This document shows positions 11,234 through 24,470 of a DNA stretch of 38,122 nt, piece by piece. Location of the stretch: positions 21,320,449-21,358,570 of the forward strand of contig NC_068987.1 in assembly GCF_001194135.2 (NCBI RefSeq), read 5' to 3'. Numbering within the stretch: position 1 is the stretch's first letter; every line of letters begins with the position of its first letter. A program made the translations under genes and the position numbers. Under the pieces are notes generated by a model. It saw only the letters and a list, made by a program, of their open reading frames with translations. It was not told the DNA's origin and did not search any database. The stretch is from Octopus bimaculoides. Lineage: Eukaryota.

Positions 11234-12300
11234 TAAAAAAGTTAGCTGATATGGACGATTGGAAACCATCCGAATATTGGAAAAGAATTACCTGTTTTAT
11301 AATTCTCGCCGGGTACCAAAATGCCGACGTCATAACTGTTGTTCAATGCTCTGTGAACACTATAAAGGCTGCAGAATGTGGCATGGACAGCTGCAACGGA
11401 GAGTACAAAACCGTGGTCAGCACCGTCTGCAGGTCAGTTTGTCCAACAACTGCAGGACATGTTGATCGAGAATCTAAACAAGAGAATCCGGGCTTTGACG
11501 AGAAAGATGGGCGTTGGAGACACCACTATGAAGCTGGCCCTGAATGAGAACCTTCGCTATTACTCGTAAAAGAGGTGCAAGGGACAAATTCTGACAACCA
11601 AGGCTAAGGAGAACTGCTTGACAAAGGTAAAGAAGCCCCTGAACAGGCTGAGGTATCCTGTAGAGCCGGGAATGATTTGGATCTTCTCAGGTGAAAATAA
11701 CTTCTCCTAGAACGAGTTGTACAATACCCAGAACAACAGGTGACTTGCCTTCAACCCATGTAATTTTCCACGTATCATGAAAACTAAGTTCCTCCAAACT
11801 GTGGTGGTCAATCGGTGTCTTCAGTGAGGGTGACGTCATGCCGCCCCACATCTTTGAACAGGGTTTTAAGCTCAATCCAGACGGCTAGTTGAAGCCGGAG
11901 ACTGTGGTCAAACCTGGACTGGAGAGGGTTGCTACTAGAAGGCCATATATGTGACAGCAGGATTCAGCTTCTTGCCATACCACCGGAAAGAGTCAGAAGT
12001 TGTCTGAGAATTTCTAAGTCTTCAGCTGCCCCAATTTCTTGTCACCTAATTCCCACCAATTGTAATTCCATAGAATAATGTGGGATGCGGCTAAGAAAGA
12101 CACCAACATTTCTGCTTCCAACACCAAGGCATTTTGCCTATAATTTGAAATAAAAAATATTAATGGGCTAACTTTTTTCTAATTTGCTGTTCGTTGTTTC
12201 CGTCAAAGACACCATTTATTTGGGTAAATGACATAGATAATTCTTTCTAGTTAACTACCTACGGGTAGTAAGCTAGGAAATTCTTACATTCTCTCGGTGT
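11234..12300 (+). mobile_element. Degenerate maT/DD37D-type Tc1-mariner transposase
   Basis: Broken frame ...IWIFSGENNF...YNTQNNR...PRIMKTKF.QTVV...SEGDVMPPHIFEQG...RPY.*QQDSASCHT...SENF...PNS, like DD37D/maT transposases. Right boundary is approximate. Confidence 0.8.
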
Positions 12301-13189
12301 CTCATAAGTCAGACCGCCACATAGTCCCAACAAACAAAATAGAAAACGCATTATCCCAGAAGATGGCGAGAGAGATGCGCTGGAACAATCACTCTGGCTC
12401 ACGGATTCGCTCAAGTGGATAACCATCTCCACCCCGAGAATAAATAAATACAAAGATACAGTAGTAGCCAGAAGCAAAATGCTTTATTTACCAAAAGAAA
12501 AATATATATATATTTGTTTTAGAATATATATATGCTTGGAATTATATATATCTCACATACATTTGTGAAAGCCTGAAGTTAGCAACAGACGTTGAGAAAC
12601 CATAGCTGGAATTTACAAAATAGGATTTGGAATGGCAGGGAGACAGCAGACAGAACAAGAATTGTGTTGTGGACAATGGCATTTTGGAAGTGGTCACATG
12701 GTGGGGGTCAAATCAAAGCAGTAGCCAGTCAATGTGGGAGGAGTGGCCTATCAGGCAGAAAGTGGGAATGGCTGGACAACGTTGAGGTGGTGGCCGGTCA
12801 GAGCAGGGAGAGTAGCTGGTCAGCCATGGAGGTGGGGATGGAATGGCCAGTAAGGGGTTAGCGGTGGGATGGAGGAGACAGGAATATATAAATATATGTA
12901 TTTTTACTTTTAAAAAAATGCAATTCTGGCAAGGGAGGCAACTTGAGGTAAGAAAATCTGGTGACAGAATTAAACGATTAGGGAGGGTGTCGTATTTATC
13001 CAACCTTCATTCCACTTCCAAAGAAATAAGGTAGTTTGATGGATATGGTTGGGGTATGTTATAGATAGAATCCAGCAGTGGCAATACCAGCCCCAGATAC
13101 CACAATCACAAAACTAGCCCTTATTTTTCTCTCTCATACATACTTTATTCCTAATACTGACACAATACCAAACGTTTTGGAAGATGGGC

Positions 13190-13950
13190 ACAGTTGATGA
13201 AGTCGACCCCTAGTATTTTGTTGGTACTTTATTTTATAGACCACGAAAAGATGAAATGCAATGTTGAACATGGCAGGATCTGAGTGTAAAACATTTTGTC
13301 CAACTCTGCCAACACTATCATTTCACCAATTATAATCATGGAAGAAGTTAATTAGGCATAAGGGTAATTATTGAAGAAGAGAAAAAAACAATTATCTTTT
13401 TTATTTAATGAACCACTCTCAATCTACCATCACCACACCATAAACACTTAATTTATCAAATCCCAGAGGAATGAAAGGTAAAGTTGACCTTGGCAGGATT
13501 TGAACTTGGAATCAAGAATGATGACTGGAGGGGGTTTTGAATACTATACTGTACTTTTAAGTCCAATATTAAACCGCTTCAGCAATTTAAAATATCTTTA
13601 TGTAGTAGTATGTGTGGTAATAGAAATACAACTAATAATAATAATGGTGTCTGATTGAGGTACAAGGCCAACAATTTTGCGGAGAGGGAATTAGTTGATA
13701 CCAACCTCAGTAGACATCTGGTACTTTATCAACTCTGAAAGGATAAAGCCAAAGTTGCCCTTGGCAAGATTTGAACTCTGAACACAATAATAATAATAGG
13801 AACAAAGCTAAAAATTTAGGGAGAGTACACAGTTGGTTCAATCACCACCTCCACACCCACTGTACTAGACAGTACCATGGTTGTACTTTAATCCTAGAAG
13901 GATGAAATCAAACTGAACTCAATGTTAAAGGTTGTAATTATATACCATTG
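13190..13950 (-). repeat. Cluster of about 4 degenerate Nin-domain-like SINE fragments
   Basis: Same ggatgaaagg/aaagttgacc/atttgaact blocks at about 13250, 13470, 13740 and 13900. Further single copies at about 17770-17975, 28165-28385 and 31330-31530. Confidence 0.6.
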
Positions 13951-14039
13951 GACATTATGTCTTAATAAGTGCATAAGGAGAACAGGGAATCATAGATGTA
14001 ATGACTAGTGTATACTGGATCCTCCAAGCTCCTTTCTAA

Positions 14040-14705
14040 GCAGACAGACAGACCAACCAACCCTTGACTCTCCAATATCATGACAAGACAGAGAGACTGA
14101 CCAATTCTTGGCTCTCCATCCTCCTAACTAGACAGAGACAAACTGACCAATCCTTGACTCTCCAATCTCCTGATTAGACAAAGACAGACCAATCCTTGAC
14201 TCTCTGATTGCCTGATTAGACAGAAAGACCAATCCTTGACTCTCCACTCTCCTAACTAAACAGCCAGACTAATCCTTAGCTCTCCACTTTCTTTCCAAAA
14301 TAGACAGACAGCAAGGCCTACCCATGATTCTCCAACATCCTGACGAGCAAGACAGACCAATCCATGACTCTCCAGCATCTTAACTAGACAGAGAGAGCCA
14401 GACCAATCTGTCTCTCCACTCTTCTAATTAAACAGAGAGACACACCAATCTTTGATGCTCCACTCACCTAATTAGACAGACAGACCAATCTTTAACTATC
14501 CACTCTAATTAGACAGCCAGACAAATCCTTGTCTCTCCACACTTCAAAATAGACAGACAGCAAGTCCAACCCATGACTTTCCACTCTCCTATCTAGACAG
14601 GCAGACCAACATGTGGCTCTCCAACATCCTTTCTGGATAGGTAGACTTACAGGCTGGCCAACCAATCCTTGACCCTCTCCTCTGAAGATAGCTAGACAGA
14701 CAGAC
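14040..14705. repeat. Degenerate minisatellite, about 15 units of roughly 36-50 bp
   Basis: Consensus near AGACAGACCAATCCTTGACTCTCCACTCTCCTAATT; unit lengths are not multiples of 3. Confidence 0.85.
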
Positions 14706-15203
14706 AGATCTGACATTAAGTTACATGCAAACAAGCCAAATAAAGTAATAAATTATTGCACCATAGCAACCATAGCTGCTGCAATTATATATATGTATGT
14801 ATATGTGCAGACTGCAATGCATGTGTATGTATACATGTGCATGTATGTATACACATTGCCACAATAATACTTTTTATGTGTTCATATATATATATATATA
14901 TATATATCTACATACACACACACACACATATATATATACATGGACACAGACACACATATATTGCCACAACGATACTTTTTAGCCAGTCACTATCTCTGTT
15001 TAACGTTTAACAGCTGCGTGTTTAGCCCTCGCCTCAGTGCTGGGTACCACTGCTGCATGGTGACCTTAATTTGATATATCCAAGAGGAGATTTTCATCAA
15101 TGCGGACAGTGGTGAGTTCACAGGACAAAGGAAGAATTTGTAATTAAAGAAAATAAATAAAATAAATAAAATAAACGGGAAAAAAAGAAAAAAAAAAACA
15201 ATA

Positions 15204-15217
15204 TTTATTTTTATTAT
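15204..15217 (-). terminator. Candidate proximal polyadenylation signals of the UCHL3-like gene
   Basis: Two AATAAA hexamers on the minus strand (15217-15212 and 15209-15204), 70-80 nt after the stop, followed by U-rich sequence. A longer UTR cannot be excluded. Confidence 0.45.
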
Positions 15218-15286
15218 AAATGGACTGCCAGAAAAAAGAGAAAAAAAAATATGGATTGTTCTGTACTGAGCTGTACTTGAGGGATT

Positions 15287-15370
15287 TCAATCCTCAGCAA
15301 GAGCCATCACGCTGAAGTCCATTTCCTCGGGGTCCCTAGCCATAAACTTCTTCACCATAGCTGCAGCAGA
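15287..15370 (-). CDS. UCHL3: UCHL3-like terminal coding exon
   Basis: Acceptor gttctctttcag. Encodes SAAAMVKKFMARDPEEMDFSVMALAED-TGA, matching the UCH C-terminus CKKFMERDPDELRFNAIAL. Confidence 0.95.
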   Translation of the reverse strand, partial: SAAAMVKKFMARDPEEMDFSVMALAED

Positions 15371-15667
15371 CTGAAAGAGAACAGCATAGATGTTTAAATT
15401 GAGTTTAATTAAACACCAATTAAGGAGGGGCTGGGTGAAGAATAGAAAGTCGTGGTTTATAAATGATGCATGTGTGTATGTATACATGTGCATGTAAGTA
15501 TATACACACATGCATATACCTATATATATATATATATACATACATACACATATATATACACTCACACATACACACACTCACATACATATACACACACATG
15601 CACACACACACATACATACATACATACATACATACATACATACAAACATGCACACACACACACCTAT

Positions 15668-16100
15668 CATCATCATCATTGTTTAACGCCCGCCTTCCAT
15701 GCTAGCATGGGTTAGAGGATTTGACTGAGGACTGGTGAACCAGATGGCTACACCAGGCTCCAATCTGATTTGGCAGAGTTTCTACAGCTGGATGCCCTTC
15801 CTAACGCCAACCACTCCGAGAGTGTAGTGGGTGCTTTTACGTGCCACTGGCACGAAGGCCAGTCAGGTGGTACTAGCAACAGCCACGCTCAAAATGGTGT
15901 ATTTTATGTGCCACCTGCACAGGAGCCAGTCGAGTAGCACTGGCAACGATCTTGCTCGAATGTCTTTACACGTACCAGGAAGGCAACGCTGGGCACAGGT
16001 GCCATCACGATTTCGCTTTCACTTGCTCCAACAGGTCTTCGCAAGCCGAGTTTCGTGTCCAATGAAGGAGACGACGTTGGCATGGGTGCCAGCCGTAGAA
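15668..16100 (-). mobile_element. SINE with conserved central domain and RTE-like tail
   Basis: Minus strand has ttggcgttaggaagggcatccagctgtagaaac and ends atgctagcatggaaggcgggcgttaaacaatgatgatg. A related plus copy lies at 36460-36922. Ceph/Meta-domain assignment is uncertain. Confidence 0.7.
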
Positions 16101-16926
16101 TTTAGTTCGATTTCAATATATATATATATATATATTTATTTTATTTTTTTTGTCAGTGGCAACTCCAGCACTTGAGCTGCTTGGGCCTTAACCCAAGTAG
16201 AAACTTAGTGAAGTGAACATGTATTTGCAAGCTGATTTAATTTCAGCCAACACTGACTTCAAGTATGTAAATTGCAACCAATAACTCGGGCTCCTTTTAT
16301 TGAGCCTGGTCACAGTTCATTTATTTTCATTCAGCATCTGGCGGTCATCTTAGAGGTGTCCTGTGTCAAAAAATATCATTTGAAGCAGACGTTCTCTCAA
16401 TATCGTTCACACGCAATTGACTTAGGCTCAAAAGTTACAGCCTAAGTTGTTATCTATAATCACAAAAATAATTCAAATCCAATGTTTTCTTGAAACAATA
16501 CATTCTACAGAGATTAGGATTTAAATTCCAATCTATAAAAAGCTTCCATTCTGCAATATTCTTAAATGAATAAAAAACTATCTAGCAACTCGGGGGTAAT
16601 ACGAACGAGCCTGGTAGGTGTAAAAGACTAACTGATATCTCTTGTCAAGAGTACAGGCGACAGATTGCTGATGTTTGTTGTGCACTCTGCTGTCGTTATT
16701 TGATTGCTGTTATTCTGTGTGTGTGTGTGTAAAGACCAGTTATGTTTTGCAGGATTGCTTTATTTTTACCCTTAACTTAGAAATGGAGTAAGACATATTG
16801 CTACATACAAAAAATAAGCCACTTGGGGCTAGAAATATTGCAGAAAAACACGAAATTTTTTGAGCAGGCATGTGTCTTATGTGAAATCTGTGATGAGCCC
16901 GAGTGATGCTGATGACCTGGAGTTGC

Positions 16927-16968
<42 letters not shown>

Positions 16969-16980
16969 ATATAGACATAC

Positions 16981-17039
16981 CTCTAAAAATGACTCCTTAT
17001 TGATTTCTCCATGGCAAACTGGTCCCTCTTTCCTACCAT
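16981..17039 (-). CDS. UCHL3: UCHL3-like exon (59 bp) completing the catalytic Asp
   Basis: Acceptor ttctttatttgtag, donor gtatgt. Encodes (D)GRKEGPVCHGEINKESFLE, matching [20 protein letters not shown]. Confidence 0.95.
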
Positions 17040-19410
17040 CTACAAATAAAGAAAGATAAAATGTTAAATGATACATTATATGCACATCTTTTTGCACCAG
17101 TCTGCTTGACTGACAGTTTGAATTCTTGATTCAAAGTCAAGTTACCAACATATACCACCCAGTCTTTCGCTCACGCTTTCTCTCTTTCCTTCTCTCTTAT
17201 TCACACACACTCTCTTTCTTGTGGGGTTTTTTAACTCTTTTGACACCAACCCACTTGGGGAGGCCCCTTGTTCTTGTTTTAAAATGATCAAAATTAAACC
17301 TTATATATAAAACCTTAAATCCAGTCATAAGGTTTTGGTTAGCCTAGGGCTATAGTAGAAGACACTTGCTCAAGGTGGGATTGAACTCGGAACCATGTGG
17401 TTGAGAAGCTAACTTATCACACAGCCACACCCCTGTGCCTATATACAAATGTACTACATTTCCGACAGTTATTATTTGAACTAGATAGAGAGCGTAGATA
17501 AAACAATGTGACTGTCAAAACAACACCGTAACACTGACAACACCCTAACATTGGTTGCACCAACTGATGTATCAACAAACAAACTTTTTCATAGATACTC
17601 AACCAGCTAGACATAGTAGTCAAATCTTTCTCAAATCACACCGTGCAATTTTAACCCTTTTCATGCTCATCTAAGATTGCCCCTGGTTTTGTGATACAAA
17701 AGGCTGTTCTAAAGTGATATGAATTTTCATCAAAATTTCATGTTAACTCATATTCTAAATACTAATGTAATAATCCTTTCTGTTATAGGCACAAGGCCTG
17801 AAATTTTTTCGGGGATGGATGTGGTGGTGGTGGGGTCACATCTAACCCACTCAACTGGTACTTATTTCATTGACCCCAAAAGAATTTGAACTCAGAACAT
17901 AGTGACAGGCTAAATACCACTAAGCATTTCATCCAGTGTGCTAACGATTTCTACCAGCTTACCGCTTGCATAATAATGATCAAGTTATTTTATGAAATTC
18001 TTCACTGTTTCAAAAATTTATTTAAACCAAGACTGCGTCTCAACAGAAGTATGGTGACAAAAGAATTAAATAAGTATAGGAGCTAGATAATGTGATCAAA
18101 CATAGCTCTTAAAAAATGAGACATTCACAACTGGAATGCCTTTGAACATAGGCCCACATGATTAAGATCGAATTAGGACTAAATAGTGACAACTACAGCC
18201 AGCTTAGGGCATAAACTGAACAAGCTACAAATATGAGCCTCAGTCAGAACCATTCATTAGTTTAACCCAATTAACAATGACTAACATTAACAAATTAGGC
18301 CTAATTATTAGCAAGATTATTATTTACACAAGCATGTAAGGTTTCATAATTTTATAATTATGCTTAAATATCCCACCTACAAGCAGATAGGTTACACATC
18401 TTGGCAGCATTTTTGCAAGTTCAACAGTAACAATTACCAAACAGAGCCCCCACAGGTTCCAAGATTTCAGGGCCTCACCAGCTATAAATTAGGTTATGAT
18501 CTCTAAGCCTTCTCTTTAGTGTAGGATGAATTTGTTTAACCCTTTCATTAATGTATTTATGTTGAAATCCATGTCTTTTCATCATCATTACTATCATATA
18601 ATATCCATGTTCTATGCTACCATGGGTTAGACAGTCTGATAGGATCCAAAGAACCAGAGGGCTCACCATGCTCCAATATCTGCTTTGGCATGGTTTCTAC
18701 ATTTGAAGGTCTAACGCAAACGACTTTACAGCATGTACTGGGTGCTTTCTAGTGAGGGCACCAGCACTAGTGAGGGCACCATGCAGCTTGAAAAACTACA
18801 AGCCCTGGGGATGGTGGCTTTATGCTAGATGAGGGGTGAAAGCAGAACAGGTTTCTTGTTGTAGAGGAGATACAGGATTAATAATGAAAATCATGAATTC
18901 AGGATACAGATTAATATGGAATTCTGGTGGAAGGTTTTAACAAAGAACTTGGGTGGGGGGAGTCTCGGGGGGAAATTTGGTATCTAAAGGGTTAAGTGGT
19001 ACAAAGTGGTGCAAAGATAACAAAGCATGGTTTTTGGAGCAGAACGCATCAGCATACTGACATTCGTGCCACTTCAGAGCAAGTTAACTACCAAAGGAAA
19101 ATAAATATTATTTTGAGCGAGGAAGCAAGCAAGTTTAGTTATCAGACCTGATTTAGTAGACGTAGGGTCTCAGAAACGCAGTAACTTTCAAGGTCTTTTC
19201 TTCTTTTTAATAATAAAGAGACAGGATTCAGTTTAAATTTGGCTGCTATTTTTAAAAAAAGTTGATCGATTAAGTAGAAGCTTATAGTTCAGTAGAAATG
19301 TCACTGAACCATCAAATGCTCTGAAAATATAGAGTGCCATAGCTTATTGAACAATCCCATACTCACCACTGACAAAGGGTGAGTGTGTAGGGGATGGAGA
19401 GAAAGGGGAG

Positions 19411-19441
<31 letters not shown>

Positions 19442-19794
19442 CACATGTGTAAAAATTGCCAAAAACAAATATTTGTATATGCATTAAACACCTACATATA
19501 CAAACCTATATACATACTCACAGACATACATTTACACACACACACACACACAATTTTTTCTAATAACAGAGTAATAACTTGCTTCCAAACAATGAACTTA
19601 ATGGTGTACAAATAGCAACAACAACAGGAAGATTCCTTTTGTACTCTGTACACGGGAGCATTGCAAACCCATGAGGAGGAGGGGAGTGAGAAAAGAGGAG
19701 AGAATATTTGAAGAGCAAGCAGAAAGTGGCTGGAGATAAGTTAAATTTCACCACCACCACCACCACCACCACCACCAATAATAACAATAATTAT

Positions 19795-21245
19795 CTTTTC
19801 TATTATAAACACAAGGAAGGCCTGGAATTTTGGTGAGGAAGAGGCTAGTTGATCACATCAACCCCAGCACTTAGCTGGTACTTATTTCATTGATACTAAA
19901 AGGATGAAAGGCAAAGTTGACCTCAGCAAAATTTGAACTGAGAATGTGAAGACAGATGAAATGCCATTAAGCATTTTGTATGGCACAGTAACAATTCTGC
20001 CAGCAATTTCAAAGGGGAGGGGATTAAATTAGTTATTTTAATCCCAATGCTTGACTGGTACCTTATTTTATCAATCTCCAGAAGGATAAAAGGTAAGCCC
20101 CCAGAAGGATAAAAGGTAAAGTTGACCCCAAGATGATTTTAACCCCAAATACAAAGCCAGAACAAATAATGAAAATAATGTTTTCTGACTGAGATACAGG
20201 ACCTGCAATGTTAAGTAAAAATGGATCAAATCAACCCTGAAAGGATGAAAAACAGCACTGCTCTCAGCAAGATTTGAACACTTAATGTAAAAAACCACAA
20301 CAAATATTAAATAACAATGATCCAATAAAAAAAAAAAATAATAATAATGGTTTTGAGACCAGTAAGTTCAAAGAGGTTAATTAGTACCCACATACATCTT
20401 CAGTAGATGACTGGTACTATATTTTATCAACCTTGAAGGGATGAAAGACAAAGCTGACCTCAGTGGAATTTAAAATCTTTTGTAAAGAGCCAGAACAAAT
20501 ACTAAATAATAATAATCCTTTCTACTAAAGACACAAGGCCTGAAATTTAGTGCGAGGGGACTAGTTGATTAAATCGATCCCAGTGTTTCAGTGGTACTTA
20601 ATTTATCAACCTCAAAAGGGTGAGAGACAATGTTGATCTCAGCAGAATTTGAACTCAACATGTAGCAACAGGAGAAATACCGCTCAGTATTTCGTCCAGC
20701 ATGCTAACAATTTTGCCAGATCACTACCTTAATAATAAATAATAGTAATAATGATGATAATAATAATAATAATAATAATAATCCTTTCGACTATAGGCAC
20801 AAAGCTTAAATTTTTTTTGGAGTAGGGACTGGGTGCTAGTTGATCCCAGTGCTCAACTTGTACTTATTTCACCAATCCTGAAATGATGAAAGGCCAAGTT
20901 AACTGTAGCTGAATTTGAACTCAGATTGTAAAGGCAGACAAAATGCTGCTATGTATTTCGTCCAATGTGCTACTGATTGTGCCAGTCGGCTGCCTTAATA
21001 ATAATTCTAATATCAATTATCATTTCTCATATTGGAACAAGGCCAGCAATTTTGATGGGGGAGCACTAGTTGATTACATCGACCCCAGTGCTCAACTAGT
21101 AGTTAATTTTTCAACCCCCGGGAAGGATGAAAAGTAAAGTCAACCTTAGTGGAATTCGAACTCAGAATGTAAAACCAGAAATGCTACAAAGCATTCTATC
21201 CAGCATGCTAACAATTCTGCCAGCTCACCCACTTAACAATAATGA
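19795..21245 (-). repeat. Nest of about 7 co-oriented Nin-domain-like SINE copies
   Basis: The block ggtacttattt...aaaggatgaaaggcaaagttgacc...atttgaactcag recurs with (AAT)n tails. On the minus strand it reads ...gttcaaat...gcctttcatcc...gataaaataagtacc, the Nin/Deu core as I recall it. Confidence 0.75.
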
Positions 21246-22415
21246 AAAAGTTAGGTATATTTATCCAGGTAATATAAATGAAGATAAAAACCATAAAAAA
21301 AAATGTATAAAGAAAATGAACTGGCATTTAATTTTTTTTTTTTATTTCATTTTAACATCAAAGAGAAATACAGAGTTTGTTAGATTAACACTAAGACTAC
21401 TACAACTACTGCTACCTGTTAATATAAGGACAACCACCACCACCACCACCGTTACTGCTGTGTGAGACATTTAAGATCAGTTGCTAGGAAATTAACTTGG
21501 TTATTTACACAAATATAATAAAAAGTGTTGGTAGGTGGTGGCCACCATGACAAACAGGAGTTTATAGGGAAAAAAATCTTTTTTAAATAAAAAAAAAATG
21601 AAAAAGAAAGATCAAGATTCCTTAAAGCTGATTTATTTTATTTTTTATTATGATTATCATTATTATTATTATTATTATTATTATTGCTATCAAAGAGTTT
21701 TTGAAGCTTCTTTTCCTCCCCGCAATCTAAATACAAAACTTGTTGCATGGAGAAAAAGCATTTGAAAATGTCATCAGATTTCACAATAGAAAGCGAAGTT
21801 AGGGGCAAAATGGGTGAGAGAGATGAAAGTGAAAACTTGGGGGGAGGAGGTTAGAAACAACACCCACGTCTCTCACCTATGAAACTACCATAATAGTATC
21901 CAGTAGGCTACTCAAACAGGGTACTTTTCCCTTGGCCATGTTGCTTTATATTCACAATCAGTGATATTACATTCAGCCTATTTCTCTCTAAAGGTGCAAG
22001 GAAAGCATGGCTGTGTGGTTAGGAGAGTTTGCTCTGCAATCTCGTGATGATTTGGGGTTCAATTTTACTGTACAGCAACTGGGCTGGCCAACATTTTGTG
22101 AATGAATTTGGTAGAGGAAAATCATAGGAAACCCATTGCATATGTAGGTGTGTAAATGTCTGCCTGTATGTAAATATATGTGTGTGTGTACCTATATGTG
22201 TACCTATTTGTGTGTATGTGTATGTGCGTGCGCCTATGTGTGTGCGCCTGTGCGCACCTTTGTGTGCGTGTGTGCCTGTGTGTGTGTGTGCGCCTATGTG
22301 TGTGTGTGCATGCGCCTATGTGTGTGTGTGCATGCGCCTATGTGTGTATGCTTGTGTATGCGTGTGTGTTCCTATGTGTGTGTGTGTATGCCTCTCTGTC
22401 CGTCCATCCAGATCG

Positions 22416-22563
22416 NNNNNNNNNNNNNNNNNNNNNNNNNNNNNNNNNNNNNNNNNNNNNNNNNNNNNNNNNNNNNNNNNNNNNNNNNNNNNNNNNNNNN
22501 NNNNNNNNNNNNNNNNNNNNNNNNNNNNNNNNNNNNNNNNNNNNNNNNNNNNNNNNNNNNNNN
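22416..22563. other. Assembly gap (N)
   Basis: N run next to (GT)n. Confidence 1.
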
Positions 22564-22611
<48 letters not shown>

Positions 22612-23104
22612 GTAAGTGTTTGCCAGTAAGTGCTGTGCTTGGGCACACGTTTTCCTATGCTTGTGCTTGAGTTTCTGTGTCTGCTTATGCATTGTATGTC
22701 CACCCTTCCAGCTGGCTCAGAGTCAGGACACCAACTTTTACAAAACACGAATTATTTTCTCAAGTGCCACAAAGATTACTAACAATTTGCAACCTGTCAT
22801 TTGACTCCCACATCAGACATTCAGTATATCAAACAAATTGACGCCCACCCTCACCAACACACACACATCATCAACATTTAACCCATTAGCATATAAACTG
22901 GCCAGATCCGGCCAAGATATCCTGCTTGTTTTATTTTTCAAAGAGGTCTGATTGGGTCTCTCACACCTACCCTACAACATCAACCTAAAAATAAATGATT
23001 ACATCATCAGAATCTTAAAGCTATGAGGTATAATGCATGATTAATTCAAAACATGATTAAATAAGCATAATATTTTAGAGTAATTTGAATGCTAAAGAGA
23101 GAAA

Positions 23105-23383
23105 TGTTTCAGTCCACTCCTATTCAAACGTGTCAGATCTGGAGAAAGCCTTTCTGTCTTCATGGGTCAAGTTGGATGAAGGGGTGGTATGGTGCTCAGG
23201 CAACTCAGTGACCACTCGTTTGCAGGCTGTGATCAAGGTGAAAAGTGGTCACTTTGAAATGTAATTACTGCAATGGATTGACAATTTACATTAGAATGTG
23301 TGTGCCAAATTTCCTTATCCTACCTTAAAATTATTTTGAATAATTAAGAAATATCAATGGGTAGATCTTTCTGGGACACCCTA
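23105..23383 (+). mobile_element. Tc1/maT-like 3' end fragment
   Basis: ...TTRLQAVIKVKSGHFEM* (stop at 23262-23264) and a TIR-like end tttctgggacaccct-a. Confidence 0.65.
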
Positions 23384-24157
23384 TATATTTTATGTATAAA
23401 TGTGAATGCATGCAGTTATATGTCCATGAGACTATGTGCACATGTGTAAATGTATGTCATTTTACATCTACTTTTCAAGGTGGCATGAGTTTGATGCATT
23501 GTTACAGTTGAGGTTGAATCATCTCTTATTGTGAGGTACTGCACCTGAAGTTTGGTGTACATACATCATCTGGCTTGGGTTTCTACAGCTGGATGCCTTC
23601 CCTATTGTCAACCTCTTAACATGGTGTACAGGTTGTATTTTCTTGTGGCATCAACACAAGTTTTCGGTAACACAAAACATACAGATTGGAGAAAGGAATA
23701 CGAGAGGATAGCTGAGAGGGAGGAATAGGAGTGGGCAAATGACAACAAAGGAGGAAGGTCAAGAAGTGAGTTGATGAATGATGGAGGGTAGGATTTAGAG
23801 AGTACTCAATAGCCTAGGGCATGGATACTTGCTCAGGTAACACAAGAAAGGAATAATAGAATGGGAGTAAGACATCAGAAATGCCAGAATAGAAGACACT
23901 TGCCCAAGGTGCCATGATGAGGGACTGAATCGAAAACTATCGTCATGATATTAACTTCTTTTTCATGCTTTCATGAGTTAGATAGGAATATGTTGGAGCA
24001 GTTTTCTACGACCAAATGCTCTTCTTCTAAACAACCCAAACTCGTTTCCAAGGAAGGTAATAATCTCGACAAACAGCCCAAAATGGCCCTCATGGTGGAC
24101 TGCAAGCAAAAGACACATTAACATTGTCTGTACTTTTAAAAATTCAGCCCCAAATTA

Positions 24158-24191
<34 letters not shown>

Positions 24192-24282
24192 NNNNNNNNN
24201 NNNNNNNNNNNNNNNNNNNNNNNNNNNNNNNNNNNNNNNNNNNNNNNNNNNNNNNNNNNNNNNNNNNNNNNNNNNNNNNNNN
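24192..24282. other. Assembly gap (N) inside a poly-T tract
   Basis: N run flanked by T32 (24160-24191) and T30 (24283-24312). Confidence 1.
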
Positions 24283-24313
<31 letters not shown>

Positions 24314-24470
24314 TTTCATAGATGTTCAATTGAATTTATTATTACAGAAACTTCATACAAAATATTCAAATATGCTGACCAGTCTACAATATATATGAGA
24401 CATACCCATACCCAGACATATACACATAAATATATAACATATACAAGTATATAAAAATGTATATACTAAC

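Noticed and set aside
12363-12422. ATG in AAGATGGCG context giving MAREMRW..., superficially like a UCH N-terminus (RWLPLE)
   Set aside because: It stops after 19 codons, lacks PLESNP, and is on the wrong strand and side for the UCHL3 gene.
14040-14705. Repeat array as a CRISPR array or a repetitive protein
   Set aside because: Eukaryotic context, degenerate units without unique spacers, no cas genes, unit lengths not multiples of 3, and frequent stops.
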